The notes: generated by a model from the sequence alone, not told the origin. A DNA stretch of 57,378 bases from Gammaproteobacteria bacterium (GCA_050739575.1 JBOIBN010000004.1:1-57378); one strand, 5' to 3'; shown: positions 18,824-31,169, counted from the stretch's first letter. A program made the numbers and translations.

Positions 18824-19776
18824 GGCCGGCCGGCGGCGCGGGCGTCGAGGCTCGCGGCCAGACCGAGCAATTCAACTTCCTCGTGCAAAATTACGAAGGC
18901 CGGAATGGCCTTGACGTAATCGCTCATCCTGCCCTTGGACTCGAAAGCCGCGCGAAAACCGGACTCGCGCAAAAGTGCGAGGTAACGCGGCACGATGCCG
19001 CCGGCGATATACACGCCGCCGAAGGCGCCGTAGGTGAGCGCAAGGTCTCCGGCGACGCCACCGAGCAACGTGAAGAAAAGCGCCATGGTTTCCACCGCCA
19101 CGGGATCATCGCCCCGCACCGCCGCTTCGCCGATTTGCGCGGCCTCGAGTTTCTCAACCGTTCGTCCATCGAGTTCGCCGATGCCCCGGTAGATATTTTC
19201 CATGCCCTGACCGGAAATCACGCGCTCCATCGATACGTGGCCGAAACGGCGGCGCAATCCCGCGAACAGCGCCGCCGTGCGTTCGCTGGTCGCGGCAATA
19301 CTTGCATGTCCGCCTTCGGTGACGAGCACCTGCCCACCATCCTTGCCGGGCACAAGTCCGGCGACGCCCAGTCCGGTTCCGGGACCGAGGATCGCGATCG
19401 GGGCGCTCGCGTCACGTTCACCGCCGCCGACTTGTTCGGAATCCTCGGCACGAAGTGCAGGGACTCCCAGTGCAACACCCGAGAAGTCGTTTACGACTTC
19501 GCAATGTTCGAAGTCGAAACGCCTTGCGAGTGAAGCCGCCGAAATCTTCCAGCCGCGGTTGGTCAACGCAGCTTCATCCCCGCGCACCGGGCCTGCTACC
19601 GCAAAGGCCGCGGCCGCCGGATGCGCACCCGCGTGCTCGAGATACTCGCCGACCACGTCTTCCACCGAAGGATAATCGTCGTTGCTATAGGTTTCGAGCC
19701 GTTCCCAGCGACGACCTTCGGCTATCAGCGCCAGACGCGTGTTGGTGCCGCCGATGTCGGCGATCAGGCTTCTCAC
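18808..19776 (-). CDS. glk: Glucokinase
   Basis: IADIGGTNTRLALI ATP-binding motif and a glucokinase-family body. Start placed at GTG 19776, which overlaps the otsA TGA (GTGA). The track start at 19836 is also a GTG and would overlap otsA by 64 nt. Confidence 0.88.
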   Translation of the reverse strand: MRSLIADIGGTNTRLALIAEGRRWERLETYSNDDYPSVEDVVGEYLEHAGAHPAAAAFAVAGPVRGDEAALTNRGWKISAASLARRFDFEHCEVVNDFSGVALGVPALRAEDSEQVGGGERDASAPIAILGPGTGLGVAGLVPGKDGGQVLVTEGGHASIAATSERTAALFAGLRRRFGHVSMERVISGQGMENIYRGIGELDGRTVEKLEAAQIGEAAVRGDDPVAVETMALFFTLLGGVAGDLALTYGAFGGVYIAGGIVPRYLALLRESGFRAAFESKGRMSDYVKAIPAFVILHEEVELLGLAASLDARAAGRPWPRV

Positions 19777-21185
19777 CTTTTTCCGCTCCGTGATTCGAAC
19801 GCTTGGACGAGCGTGCCGAGAAACCTCTCGCTCCACGCGTTGATGTCGTTGCGGCGCACCAGTACGAACAATCTTTTCCAGCGGCGGCGGCGTTCCGCAA
19901 GCGGCATGGCGAGTGCCTCGGCAATGGCTTCGCCGACCCCTTCGACATCGTAAGGATTGACGAGCAACGCATCGTGGAGCTGGCTTGCCGCGCCGGCCAT
20001 TTCGGAGAGCACGAGCACGCCTGGATCTTCTGGATCCTGCGCAGCGATGAACTCCTTGGCAACCAGGTTCATGCCGTCGCGCAAGGGTGTCACCAAACCA
20101 ACGCGGGCCACTGACAAAAACGCCAGCAAGGTCGGGCGTTGCATGCGCCGATTGAGATAACGGATCGGCATCCAGTCGAAACGGGCATAGTGTCCGATGA
20201 TTTCTCCCGCCACCTGATCGAGTTGACGGCGCACCTCCTGGTATTCCGGCACTTCGGAGCGCGAGGGCTCAGCGACCTGCAGATACACGATGTCGCCCAG
20301 AAGTTCCGGATGGATGCGAAGCAGATGCTGGTACGCACGAAAGCGCTCGATCAGACCCTTGGAATAATCCAGACGATCGGCTCCGATGATGAGTTGTCGG
20401 CCCTCGAGACTCGTTTTGAGCATCGCGACGTGGCGCGAGCTGCGTCCATGCCTGGCCTGATCGGCGACCTCCTTCACATCCACTCCGATCGGGAACACAC
20501 GGGTCGCGATGCGCCGGTCGCCGAGCACGACTTCTCCCTTCTGATCGGTTGCGGCACCAATGTCGTAACGCATGGCGCCCAGAAATGCGCGCTGGTCCAC
20601 CTCGGTCTGGAAGCCGACCAGATCATAGGCACTGAACCAGTGCAGAAACTCGCGGTGCGGAGGCAGCGAACGCAGGATATCGAGCGGCGGGAAAGGCGTG
20701 TGCAGGAAAAAGCCGATCGGCCCCGTGAAGCCACGGGCGCGAACCTCGGCGGCGAGCGGCACGAGATGGTAGTCGTGTACCCAGAGCATGTCGTCTGCTC
20801 CAAGCAGCTTCATCAGATGCTCCGCGAACCAAGCGTTGACTCGCTGGTAACCCTCGTAATATCGGCGCTGATAGTGCAACAGCGCGAGGCGGTAATGCAT
20901 GAGCGGCCAGAGCACGCGATTGGCGAAACCCTGGTAATAATCATCGTAATCGGTGGACAGCAGCGGCAGGGTGACGTACTCCACGCCGTCATGCTTGTGG
21001 TGACGGGGCGATGCCGTGCGCCGCGCCAACTTGCGCCCGTCCCATCCGAACCACAACCCCCCGCGCGCGACGAGGGCGGAATTGACGGCGACGGCGAGAC
21101 CACCCGAGGCGGGCTTGCCAGCGCGCGGAACCGCCACCCGGTTCGAGACCACAACCAGCCTGCGCTCAATCTGTTTTTTTGCCAT
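19773..21185 (-). CDS. otsA: Alpha,alpha-trehalose-phosphate synthase
   Basis: GT20 signatures: [31 protein letters not shown]. Start at ATG 21185 ([10 protein letters not shown]) overlaps the otsB TGA (ATGA). Confidence 0.92.
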   Translation of the reverse strand: MAKKQIERRLVVVSNRVAVPRAGKPASGGLAVAVNSALVARGGLWFGWDGRKLARRTASPRHHKHDGVEYVTLPLLSTDYDDYYQGFANRVLWPLMHYRLALLHYQRRYYEGYQRVNAWFAEHLMKLLGADDMLWVHDYHLVPLAAEVRARGFTGPIGFFLHTPFPPLDILRSLPPHREFLHWFSAYDLVGFQTEVDQRAFLGAMRYDIGAATDQKGEVVLGDRRIATRVFPIGVDVKEVADQARHGRSSRHVAMLKTSLEGRQLIIGADRLDYSKGLIERFRAYQHLLRIHPELLGDIVYLQVAEPSRSEVPEYQEVRRQLDQVAGEIIGHYARFDWMPIRYLNRRMQRPTLLAFLSVARVGLVTPLRDGMNLVAKEFIAAQDPEDPGVLVLSEMAGAASQLHDALLVNPYDVEGVGEAIAEALAMPLAERRRRWKRLFVLVRRNDINAWSERFLGTLVQAFESRSGKR

Positions 21186-22015
21186 CACGTCCTCCGCGAA
21201 TCGCTCTCTTCGCCCAGCCAGCGACGCACCGCAGCCGGCGCGGGCAAACACCAGGGCGCGAGACTCGCGCCATCGCCCACCTTGACCGCGGTGCCTCCAA
21301 GCGCGAGCGCGACGGCGAATGCACTCTCGTCGGTCACGTCGTCGCCGAGCACGAGCGGGCAGCGTCCCGCAAACGGCGGCTCGGCAAGAAAGGCTCGCAG
21401 CACGCCGCCTTTGCTGCTTCCGGCCGGACGCAACTCATACACCGCCTTGCCCGATATCACTTCCAGCGCACCACCGCTCCTGGCGGCTATGGTTTCTGCA
21501 AGCTCTGCAAGCACCGTCTGTGCCTTCAGGTTGCCGCGGTAGTGCAGCGCAAGACTGGCACCCTTGTCCTCCATCAGCACTCCGGGATGACGAGTAACGA
21601 AGCGTTGCAGTTCGGCTCTCGCCTCCGCGAGCGCCGGCGCCTGTTCCGCCGCTTCGGCTTGTCCGTCGTGCAGACGTCGCTCGGCACCGTGCTGACCGGC
21701 AGCCGGCAGCGTCAGACTTGGCAGATGGCGGTCGAGATCCGCCAGCGAGCGGCCGGTCAGGATGGCGACCGCACCATCGAAACGGCGGATAAGATTGTGC
21801 AGAAGTTTGGGTAACTCCGATGGCACTCGAATGGCGGAAGGGCTTTCCGCGAGCTCGACGAGGGTTCCGTCAAAATCCAGGAAAAGCGCCCACTCCACGG
21901 GTTTGGCGGTTAATTGTGCAAGCGGCGGCGGCAGGGGCCGTCGCAAGGTCGGCGCAACTCGTGACGATAGGCGCATCGGTTGAAATGTAGCACAATCGTG
22001 CGAAGGCTCTTTCAT
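21185..22015 (-). CDS. otsB: Trehalose-6-phosphate phosphatase
   Basis: HAD motif I FLDFDGTLVE, GDDVTDE near the C-terminus, and position upstream of otsA. The start could alternatively be the internal Met at 21976. Confidence 0.85.
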   Translation of the reverse strand: MKEPSHDCATFQPMRLSSRVAPTLRRPLPPPLAQLTAKPVEWALFLDFDGTLVELAESPSAIRVPSELPKLLHNLIRRFDGAVAILTGRSLADLDRHLPSLTLPAAGQHGAERRLHDGQAEAAEQAPALAEARAELQRFVTRHPGVLMEDKGASLALHYRGNLKAQTVLAELAETIAARSGGALEVISGKAVYELRPAGSSKGGVLRAFLAEPPFAGRCPLVLGDDVTDESAFAVALALGGTAVKVGDGASLAPWCLPAPAAVRRWLGEESDSRRT

Positions 22016-22095
22016 CTCCGAACGCGAATTTCAGCTGCTTCGCCCGAGATCCGGTCAAAACGCAAGAAGCCCTGACGCTGAAAAATGCCGGGCAA

Positions 22096-23664
22096 TCAGT
22101 GACGGAAATGCCGCTCGCCGGTAAAAACCATGGCGATATCATGCTCGTCGGCGGCGGCAATCACCTCGCCGTCGCGGCGCGAACCGCCGGGTTGCACAAT
22201 CGCGCGCACGCCGAGCTTCGCCGCCGCGTCCACATTGTCGCGGAACGGGAAGAAGGCATCACTTGCGAGCACCGAAGCGGCGAGGTCGTGGCCCGCCTCG
22301 GCGGCTTTCATCCCGGCGATGCGTACGGCATCGACACGGCTCGTCTGTCCGGCGCCGATGCCGAGGGTGGCGTCGGCACGAGCGATGACGATCGCGTTGG
22401 AGCGCACCGCCTGCACCACGCGCCAGGCAAAGTCGAGGTCAGCGCGTTCGTCTTCCCCGGGCTTGCGCCGCGTCACCACTTGCGCCTCGGGCGCAAGCGG
22501 GCGCACCGGATCGGCATCCTGCACAAGCAATCCGCCGGTAAGATGCCGGTAGTCGCAACCGTCGCGTGTCGCATCGAACGCTCCGGCTGCCAGCACGCGT
22601 AAGTTCGGTTTGTGTCCGAGCAGTGCCGCCGCCCCTTCCGTCACCCGCGGCGCAACGATGACCTCGGTAAACTGGCGTTCGAGAACGGCCCGCGCTGCGT
22701 CGGCATCGAGCGGCCGGTTGAACGCAATGATGCCGCCGAAGGCGGAGGACGGATCGCAATCATAAGCCTTGGCATAGGCCTCGGCCGAATTCGCCGCCGT
22801 CGCGACACCGCAGGGCGTGAGATGCTTCACGATCACACAGACCGGTGCGGCGAATGCGCCCGCAAACCGCCACGCGGAATCGGCATCGGCGAGATTGTTG
22901 AAGGAAAGCGGCTTGCCCTGAAGCAGCCGGGCCGCGACCACCGTGCCCGCCGCTGCGCCCGGCTCAACGTAGAGTGCGGCACGCTGATGCGGGTTCTCGC
23001 CGTAGCGCAGCTCCGCCAGGCGTTCGAAACGCCGCGCGAACACGTCCGGAAACGTCGCCTTCGCAGCGCCGGATTCGCTCGCCGTAAACCAGTTCGCAAT
23101 AGCAGCATCGTAAGCCGCGGTACGGGCAAAAGCCTTGGCCGCAAGGCGGCGGCGTTCGGCCGGCGACACACTGCCCTCGCGCGCAAGATAGCCGAGCACC
23201 CCGGCATAGTCGGCGGGATCGGAGACGACGGTAACGTCGTCGTGATTTTTGGCCGCGGCGCGGATCATAGCCGGGCCGCCGATATCGATCATTTCGATTA
23301 CTTCGGCCTCGTCAACACCCACCTGCGCCGCGGTGGCCTCGAAGGGATAAAGATTCACCGCCACCAGATCGATCGGCTCAATGTCATGCGCCGCAAGCTC
23401 CGCCTCGTCGCTACCGCGCCGCGCGAGAATGCCGGCGTGTATCGTCGGGTGCAAGGTCTTCACGCGACCGCCCAGCATTTCGGGCAGGCCGGTCAGCTCG
23501 GACACCTCGCGCACGCCTAGGCCCGCTGCCCGCAACACACGGGCGCTGCCGCCAGTGGAAACCAACTCGATGCCGAGCACGGCCAGACCGCGGGCAAACT
23601 CCGCGAGTCCGGTCTTGTCGTGGACGGAAAGCAACGCACGGCGCACGACCCGGGTGGCAGACAT
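22096..23664 (-). CDS. purH: Bifunctional AICAR formyltransferase / IMP cyclohydrolase
   Basis: 522 aa with an ALLSVHDKTGL MGS-like domain and C-terminal AICARFT domain motifs. Confidence 0.95.
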   Translation of the reverse strand: MSATRVVRRALLSVHDKTGLAEFARGLAVLGIELVSTGGSARVLRAAGLGVREVSELTGLPEMLGGRVKTLHPTIHAGILARRGSDEAELAAHDIEPIDLVAVNLYPFEATAAQVGVDEAEVIEMIDIGGPAMIRAAAKNHDDVTVVSDPADYAGVLGYLAREGSVSPAERRRLAAKAFARTAAYDAAIANWFTASESGAAKATFPDVFARRFERLAELRYGENPHQRAALYVEPGAAAGTVVAARLLQGKPLSFNNLADADSAWRFAGAFAAPVCVIVKHLTPCGVATAANSAEAYAKAYDCDPSSAFGGIIAFNRPLDADAARAVLERQFTEVIVAPRVTEGAAALLGHKPNLRVLAAGAFDATRDGCDYRHLTGGLLVQDADPVRPLAPEAQVVTRRKPGEDERADLDFAWRVVQAVRSNAIVIARADATLGIGAGQTSRVDAVRIAGMKAAEAGHDLAASVLASDAFFPFRDNVDAAAKLGVRAIVQPGGSRRDGEVIAAADEHDIAMVFTGERHFRH

Positions 23665-23686
23665 AGTCGAAGGATTTGCCAGAACG

Positions 23687-23986
23687 TTAAAAGCCGTTCA
23701 GACCATAATGCTTGAGCTTCCCGCGCAATGTCGCGCGGTTAATGCCGAGCACTTCAGCCGCGCGGCTCAGGTTGCCGGCGGTGTAATCGAGTGCCATCTC
23801 GAACAGCGGGACTTCCACTTCGGCGATCACCAGCTGATACAGGTCGCCCGCGGGATGTCCGTCGAGATCGGCGAAGTAGCCCGCAAGGCGCGTGCGCAGG
23901 CATTCGCGCAAGGGTTGACAATCACTCGAGGGAACGGATGCCGTGACCAAATTGTTTTGATGCGACCCCTTCGCTTCCAGCGTCAT
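23687..23986 (-). CDS. fis: Fis-family DNA-binding protein
   Basis: 99 aa with a C-terminal helix-turn-helix, GNLSRAAEVLGINRATLRGKLKHYGL. Immediately upstream of purH, as in many Gammaproteobacteria. Confidence 0.88.
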   Translation of the reverse strand: MTLEAKGSHQNNLVTASVPSSDCQPLRECLRTRLAGYFADLDGHPAGDLYQLVIAEVEVPLFEMALDYTAGNLSRAAEVLGINRATLRGKLKHYGLNGF

Positions 23987-24260
23987 GACTCCCTCGGTAT
24001 CCGAAACGGCGTGCCGACACCCAAGAGCATCCGCTCGCCTGCAAGGCTCAATTGCAAGACATCCGCCTCAAAGATCCGCAATCCCGATGCGGAATTTCTT
24101 TCGTCGAGACCGGGACACCACGCGCGCCGTACCACGCATCAGGGCGTCTTCTGCACCGTGCGCACAGTGTACTCCACTCGACCGGAATCGATGAACCATT
24201 TCACGCTCGTCACGTTCCAAGTCATGGTCAATCCCGGATTATCCGCCTGGAGTTTCACGT

Positions 24261-25604
24261 TCAACGCCGCGTAAGCTGTTGCTCGAGGTAGTGGATATCG
24301 GTGCCCCCGGCAAGAAATGCCGCATCGCTCATGAGGCGCTGATGCAGGGCAACGTTGGTGCGAATGCCCTCGATCACGATCTCGTTGAGCGCGATGCGCA
24401 TGCGCGCCAGTGCCGTGGCGCGATCGTCGCCCCAGGTAATGAGTTTGCCAATCAATGAATCGTAGAACGGCGGCACTCTGTAGCCGGTGTAAAGATGCGA
24501 ATCCACGCGTACTCCGGGGCCGCCCGGCGCGTGCCACTCCACCACCTGTCCGGGCGAGGGCACGAAATGTTCGGCATCTTCGGCGTTGATCCGGGCCTCG
24601 ATCGCGTGACCGTGTATCGCGATCTGATCCTGACGCAAGGTGAAGGGCTCCTCGGCCGCGATGCGAATCTGCTCGCGTACCAGATCGAGACCGGTAATCA
24701 TCTCGGTCACTGGATGCTCGACCTGGATGCGCGTATTCATCTCGATGAAATAGAACTCGCCGTCCTGATACAGAAACTCGAAAGTTCCCGCCCCGCGGTA
24801 TTTGATGCGTTGGCAGGCTTCCACGCAGCGCTTGCCGATGGCGGCGCGCTGCTTGATCGTGATGCCCACCGCAGGCGCTTCCTCGAGCACCTTCTGATGC
24901 CGCCGCTGCATGGAGCAGTCGCGCTCGGCGAGAAATACCGCGCGCCCCCTGCCGTCGCCGAGAACCTGAACTTCGATGTGGCGCGGATGCGGCAGATACT
25001 TCTCGAGATAGATACTGTCGTCTCCGAAGGCCGCCAAGGCTTCGGCCTTTACCAGCGTAAGCGCGCTGCCGAGGCTCGCCTCGCCGTGGACGAGACGCAT
25101 CCCGCGACCGCCGCCACCGGCCGCGGCCTTCAGGAGCACCGGATAGCCAATCGCACGCGCAAGTCGGCGCACCTCGTCGAATGCCTCCGGCAACTTGCCC
25201 TCGGAACCGGGCACGGTGGGCACGCCCGCTTCCTGCATTGCATGTTTGGCTGAGACCTTGTCCCCCATCAGACGGATGGTTTCGGGCCGCGGACCGATAA
25301 AGACGAATCCGCTCTGTTCGACCCGCTCCGCAAAATCGGCATTCTCCGCGAGAAAGCCGTAACCTGGATGAATCGCCTCGGTGTCGGTCACTTCGGCCGC
25401 CGAAATGATCGCAGGCACATTCAAATAGCTTTCCGAAGCCGGCGCCGCTCCGATGCACACCGCCTCGTCGGCCAGCAATACATGCTTCAGGTCGCGATCG
25501 GCCGTGGAATACGCCGCAACCGTGTGAATGCCCATTTCCTGACAGGCGCGCAGAATCCGCAGCGCTATCTCGCCGCGGTTCGCAATCAGGATCTTGCTGA
25601 ACAT
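24261..25604 (-). CDS. accC: Acetyl-CoA carboxylase biotin carboxylase subunit
   Basis: [21 protein letters not shown] with an ATP-grasp body. Start taken at the internal Met (25604), because the track start at 25691 overlaps accB. Confidence 0.95.
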   Translation of the reverse strand: MFSKILIANRGEIALRILRACQEMGIHTVAAYSTADRDLKHVLLADEAVCIGAAPASESYLNVPAIISAAEVTDTEAIHPGYGFLAENADFAERVEQSGFVFIGPRPETIRLMGDKVSAKHAMQEAGVPTVPGSEGKLPEAFDEVRRLARAIGYPVLLKAAAGGGGRGMRLVHGEASLGSALTLVKAEALAAFGDDSIYLEKYLPHPRHIEVQVLGDGRGRAVFLAERDCSMQRRHQKVLEEAPAVGITIKQRAAIGKRCVEACQRIKYRGAGTFEFLYQDGEFYFIEMNTRIQVEHPVTEMITGLDLVREQIRIAAEEPFTLRQDQIAIHGHAIEARINAEDAEHFVPSPGQVVEWHAPGGPGVRVDSHLYTGYRVPPFYDSLIGKLITWGDDRATALARMRIALNEIVIEGIRTNVALHQRLMSDAAFLAGGTDIHYLEQQLTRR

Positions 25605-25611
25605 GCGCGGT

Positions 25612-26061
25612 CTATTCGAGTACGAACAGGGGCTGCCCATATTCGACGGGCTCGCCGTTTTCGACTTCGATCGCCTTGACCGTGCCGGCAAATTCGGCCG
25701 TGATCTGATTCATCATCTTCATCGCCTCGATGATGCACAGTACGTCACCCTCCTTCACCTGCTGGCCAATTTCCACGAGAGGACTCGCCCCGGGGCTTGT
25801 CGCGCGGTAAAAGGTGCCGACCATCGGTGCACTCACCACCCGGCCGGACGGGCGCTCCGGTACTGCGGTTGCCGGGATTTCAGCATTCGCCGGTGGCGAG
25901 CCTCCCATTGCCGCCGGCGACGGCTGCACTGCCGGCGACACGGCATAGACCGGTGCATGGCGCGAAATTCGTACCGACTCCTCGCCTTCGGTAATTTCGA
26001 TCTCGTCGACACCTGAAGTTTCGATCAATTCGATGAGTTTTTTTACTTTGCGGATATCCAT
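25612..26061 (-). CDS. accB: Acetyl-CoA carboxylase biotin carboxyl carrier protein
   Basis: 149 aa with the EAMKMMN biotinylation motif and a Pro/Ala linker. Confidence 0.95.
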   Translation of the reverse strand: MDIRKVKKLIELIETSGVDEIEITEGEESVRISRHAPVYAVSPAVQPSPAAMGGSPPANAEIPATAVPERPSGRVVSAPMVGTFYRATSPGASPLVEIGQQVKEGDVLCIIEAMKMMNQITAEFAGTVKAIEVENGEPVEYGQPLFVLE

Positions 26062-26134
26062 GAAGATTCCTCGTTCGGCTGTGTTGATGGCCCAAAGTCT
26101 CGAAACCGGGCGCTGAACATACGTTTTTTCATGT

Positions 26135-26590
26135 TCAAGCCCCCGGCGAAATATGGCTCAGCGCAGCGGCCAGCGCGAGATCGTAGCCACGCGAACCGCA
26201 ACCCGCGATGAATCCGGCCGCACCGGGCGCAAGCAGCAGCCGGGTTCGCAGGCCACCGCGAGCAAAGACGTTACTGACATGCACCTCCACATAAGGCACC
26301 GCAACGGCGGCCAGTGCATCGGCAAGCGCAAGACTGGTATGACCCCAAGCGCCGGGGTTGATGACGATGGCGTCGGTACGCCCACGGGAGGCGTGGATAC
26401 GGTCAATCAGTTCATGTTCGGCATTGGACTGGAAATGCTCCAGCCGGTGGCCCGCGGACTTGGCCTGCGTGCTCAACCTCTCCGTGACTGCGGTCAGGGT
26501 GTCATGGCCATACAACTCGGGCTCACGCGTCCCGAGTAGGTTGAGATTGGCCCCGTTGAGAAGCAGAATCGTCGCCATTACTTTCGCCAA
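26135..26590 (-). CDS. aroQ: Type II 3-dehydroquinate dehydratase
   Basis: [21 protein letters not shown] signature. aroQ-accB-accC is a conserved order. Confidence 0.93.
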   Translation of the reverse strand: MAKVMATILLLNGANLNLLGTREPELYGHDTLTAVTERLSTQAKSAGHRLEHFQSNAEHELIDRIHASRGRTDAIVINPGAWGHTSLALADALAAVAVPYVEVHVSNVFARGGLRTRLLLAPGAAGFIAGCGSRGYDLALAAALSHISPGA

Positions 26591-26693
26591 CCTGGAGTGA
26601 ATCAGCCCGCTATATGCGTCAAATTGCCGACATCGGCTCCCATTGTGCAGGCTAATGAAGGGATTGTCCAGTGACCCGAAAGTCCAGGTTCGA

Positions 26694-28496
26694 CTAGTCG
26701 CTAGTCAAAGCCTGCCGCACATGGGTGAGAAACGCCTCCGCGTCTAGCGTACCGACAACGGTATCGGCGGCAAGCAAGCGCCCGTTGCCGTTGAAGAACA
26801 GATAGGCGGGCGGTCCATAGAGCCCAAAGCGCTTGAGCAAGGCACGCTCGGCAATCGAATTGGCGGTGACGTCCGCGCGCAGGAGCCACATGCGCCCGAG
26901 CGCCGTACGCACGGCGGGGTCGTGAAAGGTCGTGTGCTCCATTTCCAGACACGAGGTGCACCAGTCGGCATAAAAGTCCACCATGACCGGGCGGTCGGCC
27001 GCCGCGGCCCGCTCGAGTTGTGCATTCAGATCCTGCGGCGTGCGGATGGGTCTATAGTCGAGCGCGGCAGTTTTCGGCGCACCCGGCGATGCCTGCAACC
27101 CCGCGAGCGGCCCCAGAGGGTTAGTCGATCCGACGGCCCCGCCGACGATCAGGAGCACGGCCCAGGCGAAAACCACAAACCCCAGCGCCCTGACCAATTG
27201 CCGCCCCGTGCCTGCCGCTGCTCCGAGACGGACAAATGCGCCGAGAAACACGCTCGCGATGACACCGGTTACGCCCCACAGCAAGAGCGTGACGGGAGCC
27301 GGAACAATACGCCCGAGCAGCCACACGGCAAAAGCCAGCATGACAACCCCGAACAGCCGCTCCAGCGTCGTCATCCAGATTCCGGCCCGGGGCAGAAGAC
27401 GCCCGGCCACGGTGCCGAAGACCAGCAGCGGCGCACCCATGCCGAGCGCGAGTGCGGCGAGTGCAATACCGCCCCGCACCGGTTCGCCGGCACGGCCGAT
27501 CACGATCAGCGCACCAGCGAGCGGCGCCGCGATGCAGGGACTGACGATCAGCGCCGAGAGTGCTCCCATCGCCGCCGCCCCAGCCCAAGTGCCGCCGCGA
27601 CGACGCCCGGAAAGCCTGCTCATGCGGTTAACCAGCGCACCCGGCAGGCGCAATTCGTAGAGGCCAAAAAGCGAAAGCGCGAGGGCGACAAATAAGGCGA
27701 CGAACAAGGCGATCACCCAAGGCGCCTGGAAGTAGGCTTGCAATCCGGCCCCGGCAAAGCCCGCCGCCACGCCGATTGCGGTGTAAACCAGCGCCATTGC
27801 CAGCACGTAGGCGAGCGAAAGGGTGAACCCACGTCGCGCCGAAAGACGTCCCGATTCGGCGCCGATAATCCCGGCGAGGATCGGCACCATCGGCAAAACG
27901 CAGGGCGTGAAAGCGAGCAACACGCCCAGACCGAAGAACACCAGGACAAACCAGAACGGATTCGTTTGCTCGATCAGCCGGGCGAGTTGATCCTGTCCGC
28001 TCACCGCTGCCACACCCGGTCCCGGCGTCCCCTCCCCGGCGGCGATTCCGGCGCCCGCATCGGCGGCCGGGATAGCAACGTTGATCTCTTGGGTAATGGG
28101 TGCGTAACACAGCCCGGCCTCGGCGCAACCCTGATAGGTCACGGTCAACCTGAGTTCGCGATCCGCTGGAATCTGCTTCACCGGCACCGTGAGCGCCGCT
28201 TGGTGGTGATAGACAACGACGCGGCCGAAGTTGGGATCGTCCTTGGTTTCGCCCGGCGAAAACTTTACGGCGCCGATCGCACCGGTATCGGCCAGGATCT
28301 TGAACCGGCTCCGGTACAGGTAATACCCGTCGGCAATCTTCCAATCGAGCGTCACCGCAGCCGGTTGGCCGTTCGCGGAAAGCCTGAAAGCCTGATCCGG
28401 CGGCAGGAAATGGTCGCCGTTTGCAACTGCAACCTTTGGCGTGAACAGAAAAACGCCCAGGGCAAACCATGCGAATGCGGAGCCGAGTCGCCTCAT
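26694..28496 (-). CDS. dsbD: Thiol:disulfide interchange protein DsbD
   Basis: 600 aa. It has a signal peptide, an N-terminal periplasmic domain, a multi-TM core with FTPCVLPM, and a C-terminal thioredoxin domain with WCTSC. Confidence 0.92.
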   Translation of the reverse strand: MRRLGSAFAWFALGVFLFTPKVAVANGDHFLPPDQAFRLSANGQPAAVTLDWKIADGYYLYRSRFKILADTGAIGAVKFSPGETKDDPNFGRVVVYHHQAALTVPVKQIPADRELRLTVTYQGCAEAGLCYAPITQEINVAIPAADAGAGIAAGEGTPGPGVAAVSGQDQLARLIEQTNPFWFVLVFFGLGVLLAFTPCVLPMVPILAGIIGAESGRLSARRGFTLSLAYVLAMALVYTAIGVAAGFAGAGLQAYFQAPWVIALFVALFVALALSLFGLYELRLPGALVNRMSRLSGRRRGGTWAGAAAMGALSALIVSPCIAAPLAGALIVIGRAGEPVRGGIALAALALGMGAPLLVFGTVAGRLLPRAGIWMTTLERLFGVVMLAFAVWLLGRIVPAPVTLLLWGVTGVIASVFLGAFVRLGAAAGTGRQLVRALGFVVFAWAVLLIVGGAVGSTNPLGPLAGLQASPGAPKTAALDYRPIRTPQDLNAQLERAAAADRPVMVDFYADWCTSCLEMEHTTFHDPAVRTALGRMWLLRADVTANSIAERALLKRFGLYGPPAYLFFNGNGRLLAADTVVGTLDAEAFLTHVRQALTSD

Positions 28497-28816
28497 CCGC
28501 GTAGCTCCGTCGCCGCCTCGATCCAGTCAAGATAGCCGCTGCTGCCGTTCTCGATCGGAACCGCAAAGGCTTCCGGCTCCGTGTACGGATGCAATTCGCG
28601 CAGCGCGTCGAGCAACGCCGCCTCGCATGCAAGCGTGGTCTTTATCAGCAACTGCACTTCCGTATTTTCCTTGATCGAACCCTGCCAGCGATACACCGAA
28701 TGCGCCCCCGGCAGCCGGGTAACGCAGGCCGCGAGCCGGCGCTCTACCAGCGCGCGGGCAATCCGGGCGGCAATTATCTCGTCTGGACAGGTGGTAAAAA
28801 CCAGTCGCGCCGTCAT
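28493..28816 (-). CDS. cutA: Divalent-cation tolerance protein CutA
   Basis: 107 aa CutA1-like protein (YPYTEPEAFAVPIE). Its TGA overlaps the dsbD ATG (ATGA at 28493-28496). Confidence 0.88.
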   Translation of the reverse strand: MTARLVFTTCPDEIIAARIARALVERRLAACVTRLPGAHSVYRWQGSIKENTEVQLLIKTTLACEAALLDALRELHPYTEPEAFAVPIENGSSGYLDWIEAATELRG

Positions 28817-28946
28817 GGCTTGCCTTGTCTTTGCCGGGCGGCTAATTAATTATGATTGCATAAACGTGCACAAGAAACGAGGGGCCAAATCGCTCTACGC
28901 TGCTTCCCGCGACCCGAATCGGGTCCGTGTGACTCGCCCCGAGACC

Positions 28947-28974
28947 CTTGAAAAGCCTGCGGCTGCCCCCACCT
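28947..28974 (+). promoter_or_regulatory. Sigma-32 (heat shock) promoter of groESL
   Basis: CTTGAAA (28947-28953), a 13-nt spacer, then CCCCACCT (28967-28974). The consensus is CTTGAAA-N13-15-CCCCATNT. It lies about 90 nt upstream of groES. Confidence 0.75.
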
Positions 28975-29066
28975 TGTTGGCAGCCGCTCGTGGCGAGTGC
29001 CAGAATGTGCCGCCACGCCGGTCCGTAACGTCTGTTTAAGTCATTGTCAAATCAGGAGGTTTTTGG

Positions 29067-29357
29067 ATGAAAATCCGTCCCTTGCATGATCGCGTAGTCG
29101 TCAAGCGGCTGGAGGAGGAACGCACCTCTCCCGGCGGCATTGTAATCCCGGACACCGCCGCCGAAAAGCCGGTCCGCGGCGAAGTCATCGCCGTCGGCAA
29201 CGGCAAGATTCAAGACAACGGAGAGCTGCGCAAGCTCGACGTCAAGAAGGGCGACAAGGTGCTCTTCGGCAAATACTCCGGACAGGAAGTCAAAGAACTC
29301 GGTGAAGACGTTCTCGTCATGCGCGAGGACGACATCATGGCCGTCATCGAAGGCTGA
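29067..29357 (+). CDS. groES: Co-chaperonin GroES
   Basis: [18 protein letters not shown]... 96 aa, canonical. Confidence 0.98.
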   Translation: MKIRPLHDRVVVKRLEEERTSPGGIVIPDTAAEKPVRGEVIAVGNGKIQDNGELRKLDVKKGDKVLFGKYSGQEVKELGEDVLVMREDDIMAVIEG

Positions 29358-29381
29358 CACACGTTTAAAAAAGGAGATTGA

Positions 29382-31019
<1,638 letters not shown>

Positions 31020-31042
31020 GAACAAGCATACTGATGACTCAA

Positions 31043-31070
31043 AGCCCCGCCCCGGCGGGGCTTTCTTTTT
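31043..31070 (+). terminator. Rho-independent terminator of groESL
   Basis: AGCCCCGCC / GGCGGGGCT stem followed by TTTCTTTTT. Confidence 0.85.
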
Positions 31071-31169
31071 GTCTTTCTCCGCAGATTACGTTATGTCTTC
31101 CCCGTGGTGTCCGCCGACTCGGTGTTAAGTCAAAAACCGTTTCTGCCTCTATTTCCCTCTGGCACGCGC

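Noticed and set aside
24139-25458. 439-aa minus-strand ORF overlapping accC in another frame
   Set aside because: accC in its own frame has a full biotin carboxylase sequence, whereas this frame is Arg/Gly/Ser-rich junk. Only its last ~39 codons, downstream of the accC stop, are kept as a low-confidence mini-ORF remark.
26670-26700. GGTTCGA-containing stretch that resembles a tRNA T-loop
   Set aside because: The flanking bases (CCAGG ... AGTCG) cannot form a T-stem, and no acceptor or anticodon arms can be drawn. I found no tRNA anywhere in the window.
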